A stretch of 64,000 bases of DNA. Origin: Podarcis vaucheri. Taxonomy: Eukaryota. Location: the NCBI GenBank assembly GCA_965113315.1, contig OZ220371.1. One strand, written 5' to 3'. Below are positions 49,101 through 61,321 of this stretch, piece after piece; the first letter of the stretch is position 1; the number at the start of each line of letters is the position of its first letter. A model generated the notes under the pieces. That model was not told the origin of the DNA, did not search any database, and saw nothing but the letters and a program-made list of their open reading frames with translations. Both the position numbers and the translations under genes were made by a program.

Positions 49101-50354
49101 TAACGTGCAACTCTAGGGCAAAAGGCATATTTTTCCATCAACAGCTACCCAGAGACATGTAAACCAGTACAAATTTATTGCAATGTTCCAGTTCAGTTTA
49201 TTTGTTGATATTATTCATTCCACTACTTTGGAGAAAAATAAAGCCAAAAGCTCTTCAAAAACGACGTTCATTCTGAAGAAACAGTAACATTATATATGAC
49301 AGACTTACATTATATGCTTCTTGGCAACGGGTTCCCTCAGATATCCCAGACAAAAGTCACTTTCTTGTTTCAAATTGGTATGCAAAACATGAACTCTGCC
49401 CTGCTCAACAACACATCCGGCATGTATCAGATTAATCTTCGGCACAGTCTGTACATACAAAATAAACATCTATCAAACAAGACTATCCAGTCATTCTTGA
49501 AGGTATTGAGGCAGATAGAGAAGCTAAAATTCATCTACAGCACTTTTTGATGCTGCTGTTTATTCTTATCATGTTATTTGATGGTAAATCTCTCTTAGAG
49601 TGGAGAATGCATTGTGAAGTTTAATTCATGTATATCATCACTGTGTCTCCAGGGCTCCAATTGTCAGGAAAAAATGGCTCCTACCTCCTACCTCTCTTCT
49701 GCCCTACAGAGTATTGCTGCTCTTTCCAATAAAGTAACATTAATTTGGGGGATTCTCCTTTCATTTTTTTTCCAATGAAGCAAAACAGCTTTGCATTATT
49801 ACTTACTTACTTACTTACACACACCACTCTATTCTTGATTTCATTTACATCTATTGGTAAAATTAAGCAATTTTATTTTATTTTTACTGTGATCTAAATA
49901 TGCCACAGGGAAGCCCTAATTTCCACATTTTATATCACCCTTCTTATGGAGTGACATATAGAATGCCCCCAGCTTTATCCTCACAACAGCACTGTGTATT
50001 AGGTTAGGGTGAAAGAGTCATCCAGTGCTCTGATCTAGAGGAAGGATGGGCTATAAATATTCTGAAATTAATAAATAAGAATGGTCCAAGGTTTTCCAAT
50101 AATCTACTCCAGAAACACATCAAACAAATCAAGCACCAGTTTTATGTTTGACAATGGTGCAAGATAAGCTTTAAATTTATCTTGGGTGCTATGCATGTTA
50201 ATAGATTTTATAATGCCTTGGACCATATTTCCTAAGGCAATAGGTGACATGGCACATAATCCAGGCAGAGTTGGGTTTGTCCCATTTCCACTGATATCAA
50301 AAGAAAATTTTAACATAACTGGGGAGCATAAGTAAAATCCGTTTCTCCCATTTA

Positions 50355-51932
50355 CAGTCATGGGGAAAAGAAAGTGCACCCTCTTTGAATTCTGTAGTTT
50401 TACATATGAAGACATAATAACAACCATCTGTTCCCTAGCAGGTAAATAAAACCTCAGATGAACAACAACACATGACATATTACTCTGTGTCATGATTCAT
50501 TTAACAGAAATAAAGCCAAAATGGAAAACCCATTTGTGAAAAACTAAGTACACCTTATGATTCAAAAGCTTGTAGAACCACCTTTAGAAGCAATAGCATG
50601 AAGTACGGTAATTGTTTTCTGTAGGACTTTATCCATCTCTCATATTGTTGTGGAGGAATTTTGGCCCACTTTTCTTTACAACGTTGCTTCATTTCATTGA
50701 GGTTTGCTAGCATTTGTTTATGCACAGTTTTCTTTATGCACAGCATTTTAATTTGGGTTGAGGTCTGGATAGCGACTGGTTCTGTTCTTTTTCAGCCATT
50801 CTGTTGTAGATTCACTGGTGTACTTGGCATCCTTGTCCTGTTGCATGACCCAATTTCAGCCAAGCTACAGCTGTCGGGCAGATGGTCACACATTTGACTG
50901 CAGAAGACTTTATTACAGAGGAGTTCATGGTAGACTCAGTGACTGCCAGGTTCCCAGGTCCTGTGGCTGCAAAACAAACCCAAATCATCACTCGTCCACC
51001 ACTGTGCTTGACAGTTGGTGTTAGGTGCTTGTGCTGATATGCTGTGTTTGATTTTTGCTAAACGTGGTACTGTGCATTAATGCCAGACACCTCCACTTTG
51101 TCTCATCTGTCCAAAGGACATTGTTCCAGAAGTCTTGTGGTTTGTTCAGATGCAACTGCAAACCAAAGCTGTGCTGCCATGTTCTTTTTAGAGAGACAAG
51201 GCTTTCTCCTGACAAACTTTCCAAACAAACCATACTTGTTCAGTCTTTTTCTAATTGTACTGTCATGAACTTTAACATTTAACATGCTAACTGAGGCTTG
51301 TAGAGCCTGAGACGTAAGTCTTGGTGTTTTTGTTTGCAGTTTCTCTGAGAATTGAATGGTCTGACCTTGGTGTGAATTTGCTGGGACGTCCACTCCTGAG
51401 AAGACTGGCAACTGTCTTGAATGTTTTCCACTTTTGAATAATCTTTCTCATTGTAGAATGATGGACCTAAAATTGGTTGGAAATGGCCTTAAAACCCTTC
51501 CCAGTTTCATGAACAGCAGCACTTGCTTCTCTAAGAGCATTGTGTTATCTTTCCTCTTTGGCATTGTGTTAAAGCACATCTGAATGCTCCAGACCAGAAA
51601 AACCCCCAAAACTTTGGCTTTTACAGAGGTGGGCACACTTGCAGATGATCAATTAAGCAAGGGCATTTGATTAGCAGCCCTTGTCTACTACTTAGCCTCT
51701 TAATTCCTATGGAAACAATATGGGTGTACTTAGTTTTTCACACATGATTTCTGCATCTTCACTTTATTTCTGTTTAAGAAATCATGACATGGTGTAATAT
51801 GTCATTTGTTGTTCATCTGAGGTTATATTTACCTAATTTTAAGACCTGTTAAGGAACAAATGATTGCTATTATGTCCTGACATGCAGAACCGCAAAATTC
51901 AAAGAGGGTGCACTTTCTTTTTCCCATGACTA
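50355..51932 (-). mobile_element. Full-length degenerate Tc1-like transposon (IR/DR type)
   Basis: TA flanks at 50353-50354 and 51933-51934; about 200-bp TIRs starting CAGTCATGGG..AAAGTGCACCCTCTTTGAATT with inner direct repeat AAGTACACC; transposase remnants on the minus strand. Confidence 0.92.
50560..51565 (-). pseudogene. Tc1 DD34E transposase, frameshifted
   Basis: Fragments MPKRKD, VHDSTIRKRLNKYGL..RRKP, FWNNVLWTDETK, QQDKDAKYT, PDLNP, NLNEMKQRCKEKWAKIP spread over several frames. Confidence 0.85.
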
Positions 51933-53032
51933 TACACCCATATTTTAATTTTTTTTGGGGGGGGAATCAGTTTGTCATTTTAAACCCCTTCCTGTGATTA
52001 ATCTATAGGTTAATTAGGCCGTTAAACCTCTTGTCAACAGTAGTGATAATATAAACAGCTGTGATCCAATCAGATTTGTGTATCTCATATGAATCTCAAA
52101 TAGATGTTCCTTTAAAAACTGATTCAATTGGCTGCTGAGGAAGAGAGAAAGATTATGAAAGCATTATACACTTAAGAAATGCAGGATCACAAGAAAATAT
52201 CAGAGCATGGATAAAAAAACCCAGCACTTCTGCTTTTAAGATAGTTTTTGGTCATGCTCTTTTTTGGGTTACATCCTTCCACTGTAAGGAATGACCCAAA
52301 AGTAGGCCAGTTCCTTTCAAAGTTCCTGCCCTGCTATCTCAAATGCCTTTCACTAGAAATGTCACACAGCTCAAACTTGGCAGGGTACACGCGAAGAATT
52401 CATTGTAACATTTCACTGCAGCCCATCCCAATGTCAGTATTTTAATCCTTTTTTGAACCAGTTGCCAATCAGAGTGTTAATCACGGGTGTGAGCGAGATC
52501 TTGCAGAAAGCACATATTTCTAGGAAATGAGTTGAGTACACATAATTCTGTGGGATCAAATCCTATATGAGCAATAGTTATAAAAATATAGCCAGAGTAG
52601 CCTGTGCAGGTCATTACTCAGCCTTTATTTAAAAGGAGAACAACCTTTATCTAAAAAGATTCCTGATTAAATTTTAAAAGTACAATTCTGGTGCAAGTCA
52701 TGTGAAATGTTGACACTGTGAGGCTTTTTTATGTATGTATGTATGTATGTATGTATGTATTGTGGCATTTGTATACCATCCCATCATGTAAAGTTCTCTG
52801 GACAGTTTCCAATATAAAATAAATGCATAAAACCAGAAAATCAAAAACTACATAGATATAGGAAAAAAACAAAACTCACCACACCCACAAAGTTCAACAT
52901 AGATCTGAAAATTCAGTAGTTACTTAGGAAATGTTGAACCACTCAGAAAATAAATCTATTACCTTTGCTAGTAAAAGGAGGAATAAATAGGTAAAGTTCA
53001 GACTGAGTGCTAAATAAAAATGAAATGGGGGA

Positions 53033-53243
53033 GGGGGCATGGTTTAGTGGTAGAGGCCCACTTCAAAAAATCCCCAGATTTAACCTGTGGCATCTCCAGT
53101 TAAAAGGATCTGGTGGCAGGTGATTTGAAAGATGTCTGCCTTAAGACCTTGAATTGCTGCTGCCCTATGAGAGAAGCAGACAATATAGCGGGCTAAGCAG
53201 ACTGTGCAAATAGCTTGACCTGGTATATTGCAGCCTTCTTTGA
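53033..53243 (+). mobile_element. Old tRNA-derived SINE
   Basis: GGTTTAGTGGTAGAG head, GGCATCTCCAG, GCAGCCTTC tail; similar to 45994-46186. Confidence 0.5.
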
Positions 53244-53823
53244 TCTATAGAAAAGAGTGTTTTAAAATGCTTTCTGAAAAGTATGGGTTGGTAGATGTGT
53301 TGTAAATATGGTGCTGTTTTGTGGAGTGTTTATTATTAGTGCGTTAGTGCCATCTGCTGTTACATGGCCTATCAAGGCTGCATTATTAAGAAGCACACTG
53401 TTGAATTCAGTTCGTCTCCAGCACTTAAGTGTTTAGGACTTGGGAATTCAGTAAAGAAACCCAACAACAACCCAGGGTTACGAAAGCAATGGGCAATTAG
53501 CAAAAAAGCAAATCAATTGCAATGTAGGGAAGGGGGAGCAATGTAGGGAAGGAAGACCCAAGTATAACCTGATCACTATTCATTGTGCTCACTGGGATTG
53601 CAACCCATAGCACATTATCGGTGAGGGTGCCCCGACAGGAGCTGTTTATTTAGGAAAAAAAGCCTGGGATGAGGATTCTTAGCCTGGGATGGGAGAAGGA
53701 CAGAACACAATCCTCCAGCCCTCTATGTTTAGCCCTTGAAACCCTTCACCAGCCCTCCTCAAATGTTTACCCTGGTTGGAATGCCCTTGTGAAGTGACAA
53801 TGTCTTTTGATCACCTGGATGGA

Positions 53824-53870
<47 letters not shown>
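53824..53870. repeat. Compound (GT)n(GA)n microsatellite
   Basis: Directly visible tandem dinucleotides. Confidence 0.95.
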
Positions 53871-56800
53871 CATTTGATTTCTACATGGCTGGAATGTGGT
53901 CTGCTGCCCCTGCCCCTTCCTGCCACTCATCTGTGGTACCTAGAACACCTGCCACCACCCATGAGGGAGTGTGGTCATCCAACTGAAAAACATTTCCCTC
54001 ATGCAGTAGGCCCTTCTCTTGGTTTTAGTGTATCTATGTGGGGTTTATTATCTGTTTGGTTGGTTGTAAGTCACTTTCAGTTGTCCTGAGCAAGATAAAG
54101 TAACTAACAAAGTTCAACAACAACAGCAACATCATCATAAGGGATTATTCCATCAGGCAAGCCGAAGTGTTTGCCCTCATGGAATGATCATCTTGGTGCA
54201 ATGTTGAACCCCTTCCAATATTTTGAACAGTAGTCTCAAGCCTTCCTCCATAGGAGCCAGCTCCTGGGGGCCAAGGCACTTTGAGGGCCCCCAATGTTAA
54301 TGTTCAGAGGGCATTTGGCTCTACCCCCTGGCTGCTCATGATGCTGCATGTGCAAAGTCAAGACATTGCATTGGGCTCCCCTATCATCTTGAGAAGCTGC
54401 CACCTCTGCCTTCCTCTGTTCTAACAGATCCATGTGCTCTTAGAGTCTGTCCACAAAATGTTAAGATTCCACTTTTATAAACCTTTATCCAATTCTGGAA
54501 GATATTGGTTACAGTTGTGAATATAGACTATGGAGTATAGCCCACATTTGGATTTGATAGGAAGCTCTCCTAAGCCAGCAACTCATAATTGGTTCAGAAA
54601 CTGGCATTTCTGATCTCCGTCTGTAGTAAAAAAAGAATTACTGGTGAATAGCATGGTGGTGTAACCTTGCCATTCATGGGTTCATTGTCTGATCTTTACA
54701 TCAAAGGTGACCAGGGTTTAATATTGTCACATGCAATTTTGTCTCAAAAGAACTATGTGTGTGATTAGTCCAGGAGCAAACCTGTCAATTCAGCTCCGTG
54801 TGAAGGAAAGCTGCTTAACTACTCAAGCCTTAAAATGGAGCTCCACTTGGCAGATTGCCCAGCAACAAATGGAATGGGGAATGGTGGTCAGGCGTGGGGG
54901 AGTCAGTGCATGCTACTGAATGTAAATCCCAAATTCAGTAAATGTGCTTCCCCAAGCAGGATCTCATCACTGAAATTAGGCACATCTGGGCATGCCTTTG
55001 AATAATTTTAGAAGGCAAAGTATCAGAGAACCGATCACCAAAGATCTGTGATCTTGCACGACAATGCACATGACATTTTAAGAGGCAGACAAATCACCTA
55101 CAAAACCTGATTTCTTGTCTATTGCTCAGACATACTGGAAAGAGGGCTACATATGGCATGTTGGAGCTTTTTGGATCAATTTTGATTCCACAGCAAAACT
55201 GTTGCATGAATCTCAAGACAGCTTTTAAAGCTTGAAAGCCTTTTGAATGTGGAGACTCTCAAGTCAGCAGAGGAGCTGCTGATTAGGAAAGACAAACACA
55301 CACACAATCCGGTGCATGTGAGGTTTGGCCACAAAAATGTACCACATAAATCAGCCTTAAATTACAGTCAAGAGAGCTTGAATAATTCCTGGGGCAATCG
55401 GCATAGCTCTAGGCAAATTACTTTTGGCCTGACTTTCAAAGGCACCAAAGGATCTGTATTAACTTCTTCACCTATAGCTTTTTCATCTTTGGGATGTTTA
55501 CCAAAACTGGAAGTCTAGCACTTCTAAAAATATTATTTTCTTAATGTATTCATAGAATTGAAAGTGAGGATTGTCTAATCAGATCCCACCAGAAATATAA
55601 GGGCAGATGTCCCCCTGTCACACACACAAAAAATAAGGTGGATCACAGAGCAGGCTAGTGAGACTGAGCTTGGTGGATATGGAATGCTGACTTACTGCTG
55701 AGTAGGAGGAAATGGGAAATGGGAAATGTAAAACAGTGGGTGGGAATGGGAACGGAATGGAGTATCCTGGAAAGGGGCATAGCTGCCTGGCTAGAACCGT
55801 GAAGGGCAGCACTCCACACTACAACGTTTCATTGCAGGTTCCACTTGTTCCCACCTTCATTGCACTGACCACATAGTTTTCATTGAACCGGCTGAAATGT
55901 GCCTTTTGGTGCAGATGCCATTCTGGGACATGACTTGTTGCCCATGACGAGAGCAGAGCTGAGGCCATTTATGTGTGCACATTTAAAATACAGAAGCACA
56001 AAAAGAAAAGATTTCCAAATGATTCAAGCGAAAGGCTTTCCTGCAGAAGCAAAGTGCTTTACCAACTGCCACAGCTTTGACAACCACCTCCTGGCTAAAA
56101 TACTTTTGCTCCGCTTTAGAGGATTATATTTCTTACTTCGGAGAGAGTTTAGATAGTGTGGTTTACAGTCTAAGGGAAGAGTAAAAAAAAAACCCACACA
56201 CCTAATGTTGTGCTGAAGACAACAAAGAAAGCATTTTCCCTTTTAAGATAATTATCATCCGTGTTTATAGTGATTAAGCTACAAAGATTAATAATCAACA
56301 ACACACAAAAGCTGCCTGAAGGCAACACCTGAGAGCTTAACATCAGTAAAGGCTTCTTAAGTTATTGCTCTCCCTCTCTCTCATCAGTGGAAAAGGTTTC
56401 ATTCACTGCCGCATTTTCATCTTGAGTTCATCTGAAACAGAAGAAAGCCGGGCTTTCCTACGCATAGCATGGGAATGCTGGGAGACTTTGATCCATTGTT
56501 TGTATATCAGCTCTTTGATAATGGGTTACAGTGTACTGTGGTTTTTAAAGCATGGTCATATGGTTCTTTTATACTTAGAGCTGTGCCAGCGTTTCCATGA
56601 TCACCGTGTCACATGTGCCTAGCGTTGCTTGTATTAATTTGTTCCAACCTAAAACATGATTGCTTCCGCCTTCCCTCCCCCACACCCCTGGAATGAAAAC
56701 ACAAGGCACTGCAAATGGGTTCAGTTGTGGGCCACAGCCTTGTTGACGTATGTGTTTGATTTGCAGTCAACTAGCCAAAGGCAATCTCTCCCCTAACTCA

Positions 56801-56919
56801 GCTCTAGTGTATTTGCTACCACGAAGAGAGTTAGGAAACGGCATCTCTTGATGCTCACCTTGAATAGGCAACCCTCCTTGGGCAAACCATCAGATCCCTG
56901 GTGTAGCAGGTGTCTACTC

Positions 56920-57011
56920 TTTGCAATCTTCAAAGATCTCAACAGCTGTCACCATGGAAGAAGGAAATAGCTTGTTTTCTCCTGCTCTGGAGGGCAGGAC
57001 ATGAATAATAA

Positions 57012-57069
<58 letters not shown>

Positions 57070-57633
57070 TAATTTATTATTTATTCCCCAGTCACTCTGG
57101 GCGGCTTCCAACAGAATATTAAAATACAATAGTCTATTAAACATTAAAAGCTTCCCTAAACAGGGCTGCCTTCAGATGTCTTCTAAAAGTCTGGCACTTG
57201 TTCTTCTCTTTGACATCTGGTAGGAGGGTGTTCCACAGGGCGGGAGCCACTACCGAGAAGGCCCTCTGCCTTGTTCCCTGTAATTTGGCTTCTCGCAGCG
57301 AGGGAACTGCCAGAAGGCCCTTGGAGGTGGACCTCAGTGTCCGGGCAGAACGATGGGGGTGGAGATGCTCCTTCAGGTATACTGGACCGAGGCTTCAAGT
57401 TATAAGAAAGGTGATTCCAACTAAACATCAGGAATAACTTTTTTTGACAGTAAGAGCTGTTTGACAGTGGAATGGACTGCGTCAGAAGATGGTGGACTCT
57501 CCATTTTTGGAACTTTTTAATCAGAAGTTGGATGGCCATCTGTCATGTATGTTTCAGTTGAGATTCCTACATTGCAGGGGTTTGGACTAGATGATCGTTG
57601 GGGTGCCTTCCAACTCTACAGTTCTATGATTCT
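56920..57633 (+). mobile_element. Old CR1 3' fragment split by an L2 insertion
   Basis: ..HMEEGNSLFSPALEGRT (to about 57004) resumes as GGCTTCAAG..GACAGTAAGAGCTGTT..CCAACTCTACAGTTCTATGATTC (57391-57633). Confidence 0.8.
57005..57390 (-). mobile_element. 5'-truncated L2 fragment with long (TTA)n tail
   Basis: Minus-strand C-terminal RT peptide region (RAFSVVAP..W) similar to the L2 at 25178-25450; (AAT)n at 57005-57072. Confidence 0.85.
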
Positions 57634-57847
57634 TTGAAGGCATGTGCTTTGCTACTAGCAATAGTCCTTCCCCACTGAACGCCTGACTTGTGTAACCCTC
57701 CTTTCATCATTCAAATGAATGAATGAATAAATTTATTACGGTCATAGACCAGAAGAAAGGGAAAAAAACAAAACATAAAAGGCAGCAATAATTTACAAGG
57801 GAATGGTGGTGTCAGTTAAAAGTTGTAAAATTATACATAAAAACAAT

Positions 57848-57884
<37 letters not shown>

Positions 57885-57955
57885 TACTCATATATGCACT
57901 ACAGTATATGTATGGGCTTAAAAAAGGGGGGGGGCTTATCCAGGGGTCAGATCTT

Positions 57956-60900
57956 TTACTTTTTTACAGCTAATGCCCTCCGCTTGATCGCGGCCGCAGA
58001 AAACTTGGCCACTTTCAATGTTACTTCTGGGTTTTTGTCTCCTAGTAGGATTTTCAGCCGCTGAGATTCAGATCGACCTGGAAATTTCTGAACGATAGGG
58101 GAGATAAACAGTAACCTGATATCCCCGTAAAGGTCGCAGTGTAACAACACATGTGAAGCCGTTTCCACCTCCTTCAGACCACATGGGCAAACTCGTTCAG
58201 CATAGGGTGTGCCCTCGTATCTGCCCTTTAGTAAGGCAGATGGCAATACATCAAATCTAGTAAGGGTAAACGCCCGCCTATATTTTGCGATTTGTAGGTC
58301 CATCAAATATGGGGTTAGGTTAAACCCTTTTCCATAATCTTGGATAGCTGGATATTTATCTATCTTGCTCATATGGTCCTGAAGCTCTACATCTCCTATT
58401 CGCTGGCTCACCATCATTTTAGCCTTTTCAAAGCCTGAGGCTATAAGTTCTTGTGAGGAAAGCCCCAGGCCCCTCAGTTTTTCATAGAGCGACAATCTCC
58501 ATTTAGACTGGAACGGGTCTAGTAGAGTCAATGGAGCCACTCCCACTGGGAAAAATATGAGTTTTAGCCAGAAATGAATCTTCAGGATCCATATCCTGGC
58601 ATTAATAGGGAGTTGGCCAACCTCCAGCCTAACGGCAGTGTTAGAGACACAGGTAGGTAACCCTAGTAGGGAACGATAAAATTTAGTTTGTACAGATTCC
58701 AGGGACTTGAGTTTTTGACAATTAAATATCTGGGTGCCATAGGTCAATTGTGGAAGTATTTTTGCAACAAAGACCTGGGAGGCAGCGGGAACATATTGAC
58801 CTCCTTTTCTATAAAAGAATCTTATGATAGCTCTGGAAGATCTTTGCGCATTTACAATGGAATTCTTAATCTGATGGCACCAAGATCCCTTCTCATCGAA
58901 AATTATTCCAAGATATCTAAAAGATGTTACTTGCTCAATAGGTTGGTTATTAATTTTCCATTTATGTCGGAGTTTTCTCTTGGAGAACACCATAATTTTT
59001 GATTTGGTGTAGTTTATTATTAGGTGTTCAGCTTCGCAATACTCTGTAAGAGCTCGTAAAAGTTTTCTTAGACCCACACAAGAGAAGGAAATAAGTGCCG
59101 CATCATCCGCGTACAAAAGGACCGGGATTGGTGTATTATTTAGATTTGGGGAGTGAGTACTTGCTTCCTCCATCTTTCCGACTAAGGAGTTTATATAGAA
59201 GTTAAAAAGAATAGGGGCAAGAACACAGCCTTGCTTGACACCATGGGAACTTTGGATTTCCTTTGATAGGTTCCCATAACGGTCGCATCTAACACGGATC
59301 CGAGTATTTTCATGTAGTCTATGGATAAGAAGCAAAAGACGTCTATCGATGTTTGTGACATTTAGTTTTTCCCAAAGTCTGTGCCGGGGTATCGAGTCGA
59401 AGGCTGATTTGAAATCTATAAAGGCTACATAGAGAGAGCCTCCTTTCTTTGAGGTGTATTTCTCCACTAGATGTTGCAATACCAGTCCTTGGTCTAGAGT
59501 TGATCTATGTGCCCTGAAGCCAGCCTGGGCTTCCTTTAGGATGTGCTCCTGTTCTAGCCAGTCCGCAAACTTTTCACGTAAGTGAGTTGCATAAAGTTTG
59601 CTGATGATGCTTAAGAGACTGATTGGTCTGTAATTGGCTGGATCAAGTTTACAGCCTTTCTTGAATATGGGAACGATGATTGCCAATCCCCAGTCCTCTG
59701 GTATTATTGCTGTTTGATCTATGCTGGTGAAAAGGGTGGCAAGGACTGGGGCCCACCAGTCAATATTGGCTTTGAGAAGTTCAGGAGAGATGTTATCTGC
59801 TCCCGGGGCTTTTCTGTATTTGAGTGCCTGAATAAGCCTCCTAATCTCCGCAACCGACACCGGAGGCCACTCATCATCTGCCGCACACTGTATTAGTGGC
59901 TGTGTCAGAGGCAGAGCTGAATATGAAGATTGAAAAAATGCCTCCCAAGTCCCTGCAGGTATAGTATACTCCACTTCTGAGGAAGTAGGTCGCACTCCAT
60001 TTGCTACCAGTCTCCAGAAGGTGGCCGAATCTCTCTCTCTGGATACATCTATTAGGCATTTCCATTCTCTTTTCTGTGCCAGGAGTTTTTTGTTTTTGAT
60101 CAAAATTTTATAATTCCGTTTATCTTCAAACCAGCCCGTGGGGAGTTGGGGTAAATTGGCAGATCTATAATTCTTGTATTTTTTCAGTAAATTTAGCTTC
60201 ATATCCTGACATTCTTGATCGAACCAGGGTTTGGAGTTTTTATATACTGAGGATTGTCTACTTGGCCTGTTCCTTTTTTCCTTCAGGGGATCTTGAAGGA
60301 GTAAAATTAGCTCCTGAAATAAATTTATCTTTAATTCATGGCTTGAGGAAGTTATGAGGTTTTCTCTCTTAATGAGGAATTCCTTTGAGCATAGCCTACT
60401 TGAAATTTCCTTATGCAGTTCATCTGTCCATCTAATGCGCGAATATCTGAGCTCCAAAGCTGTAGGGCTCGAATGCTCGATTTTTTCAGCGCAGGATAAA
60501 TCCTTTCCCGCAGCCACAAGTGCACTTAATGGCAGATGATCACTGTCTAAGCGCTCCTCCACTTTGCATTCCAGAACTTTGTTTTGAAGATCATACGACA
60601 CAATTATATAATCAATTGTGGAGGCGCCATTGTTAGATATAAATGTGAATTCTCCGACCTTCTCCCCCTCTGTGCGGCCATTTAATATAACCAGGTCCAA
60701 CTTATTGACCAAGTGTAGTAGGCATAAGCCGGCATAATTGCAGCCTTTATCCTTTGAGATTCTAGCTGGTATTGGGTGGGTTTCCTCTATAATGGGGGCT
60801 GTTTCGTGGAAATGGGCACACAAAGCCTCATCAGATTGTCCAGTTCTGGCATTTAGGTCACCTGCCACCACTACAGAGGCATCAGGAAATTGATTTAGTA

Positions 60901-61321
60901 GTTTGTCAAGATACTGTTCTAATTGAGCCCAAGTATTTCTTATCAGTCTTTTCTCTCTTTGTGGAGGTAGGTATACATTAATCAACAGCCAGCTTTGGGT
61001 TCTCCACTGTACTTGCACAGCTGTGGCCAGATGGTCTAGTGGGTCTAGTTTTTTAAATGTGGCCCTTAGCCTTGTTGAGATTAAGGTAACTAACCCACCT
61101 TTAACTCGCCCCCCTCTAGTACTTGAAAGACCTGGGAGGGAGAACGCAGAAAAACCATTTAACTCCACTTCACTTGTGCTCCAGGTCTCCTGGAGAAACG
61201 CAATGTCATGTCTCTGGATATATTTAGCAAAGGATTGGTCAGAACGCCTCTTTTGCCAGCCTGCAATATTCCAAGTTAGCAAGGCAAGGTTGCACGTTGT
61301 CTTGCCAAAAATTGGTCTTAG
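57956..61321 (-). CDS. LINE ORF2: APE endonuclease, reverse transcriptase, C-terminal zinc knuckle; no AUG start
   Basis: TWNIAG, LQETW, GDLNAR, IDY, SDH; NYRPISLL, FIDFKSAFD, GVKQG, LYADD; CPC..ETASHVLLHC. The frame is open from the ORF1 stop; the first Met is at 60202. Confidence 0.92.
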   Translation of the reverse strand, partial: LRPIFGKTTCNLALLTWNIAGWQKRRSDQSFAKYIQRHDIAFLQETWSTSEVELNGFSAFSLPGLSSTRGGRVKGGLVTLISTRLRATFKKLDPLDHLATAVQVQWRTQSWLLINVYLPPQREKRLIRNTWAQLEQYLDKLLNQFPDASVVVAGDLNARTGQSDEALCAHFHETAPIIEETHPIPARISKDKGCNYAGLCLLHLVNKLDLVILNGRTEGEKVGEFTFISNNGASTIDYIIVSYDLQNKVLECKVEERLDSDHLPLSALVAAGKDLSCAEKIEHSSPTALELRYSRIRWTDELHKEISSRLCSKEFLIKRENLITSSSHELKINLFQELILLLQDPLKEKRNRPSRQSSVYKNSKPWFDQECQDMKLNLLKKYKNYRSANLPQLPTGWFEDKRNYKILIKNKKLLAQKREWKCLIDVSRERDSATFWRLVANGVRPTSSEVEYTIPAGTWEAFFQSSYSALPLTQPLIQCAADDEWPPVSVAEIRRLIQALKYRKAPGADNISPELLKANIDWWAPVLATLFTSIDQTAIIPEDWGLAIIVPIFKKGCKLDPANYRPISLLSIISKLYATHLREKFADWLEQEHILKEAQAGFRAHRSTLDQGLVLQHLVEKYTSKKGGSLYVAFIDFKSAFDSIPRHRLWEKLNVTNIDRRLLLLIHRLHENTRIRVRCDRYGNLSKEIQSSHGVKQGCVLAPILFNFYINSLVGKMEEASTHSPNLNNTPIPVLLYADDAALISFSCVGLRKLLRALTEYCEAEHLIINYTKSKIMVFSKRKLRHKWKINNQPIEQVTSFRYLGIIFDEKGSWCHQIKNSIVNAQRSSRAIIRFFYRKGGQYVPAASQVFVAKILPQLTYGTQIFNCQKLKSLESVQTKFYRSLLGLPTCVSNTAVRLEVGQLPINARIWILKIHFWLKLIFFPVGVAPLTLLDPFQSKWRLSLYEKLRGLGLSSQELIASGFEKAKMMVSQRIGDVELQDHMSKIDKYPAIQDYGKGFNLTPYLMDLQIAKYRRAFTLTRFDVLPSALLKGRYEGTPYAERVCPCGLKEVETASHVLLHCDLYGDIRLLFISPIVQKFPGRSESQRLKILLGDKNPEVTLKVAKFSAAAIKRRALAVKK

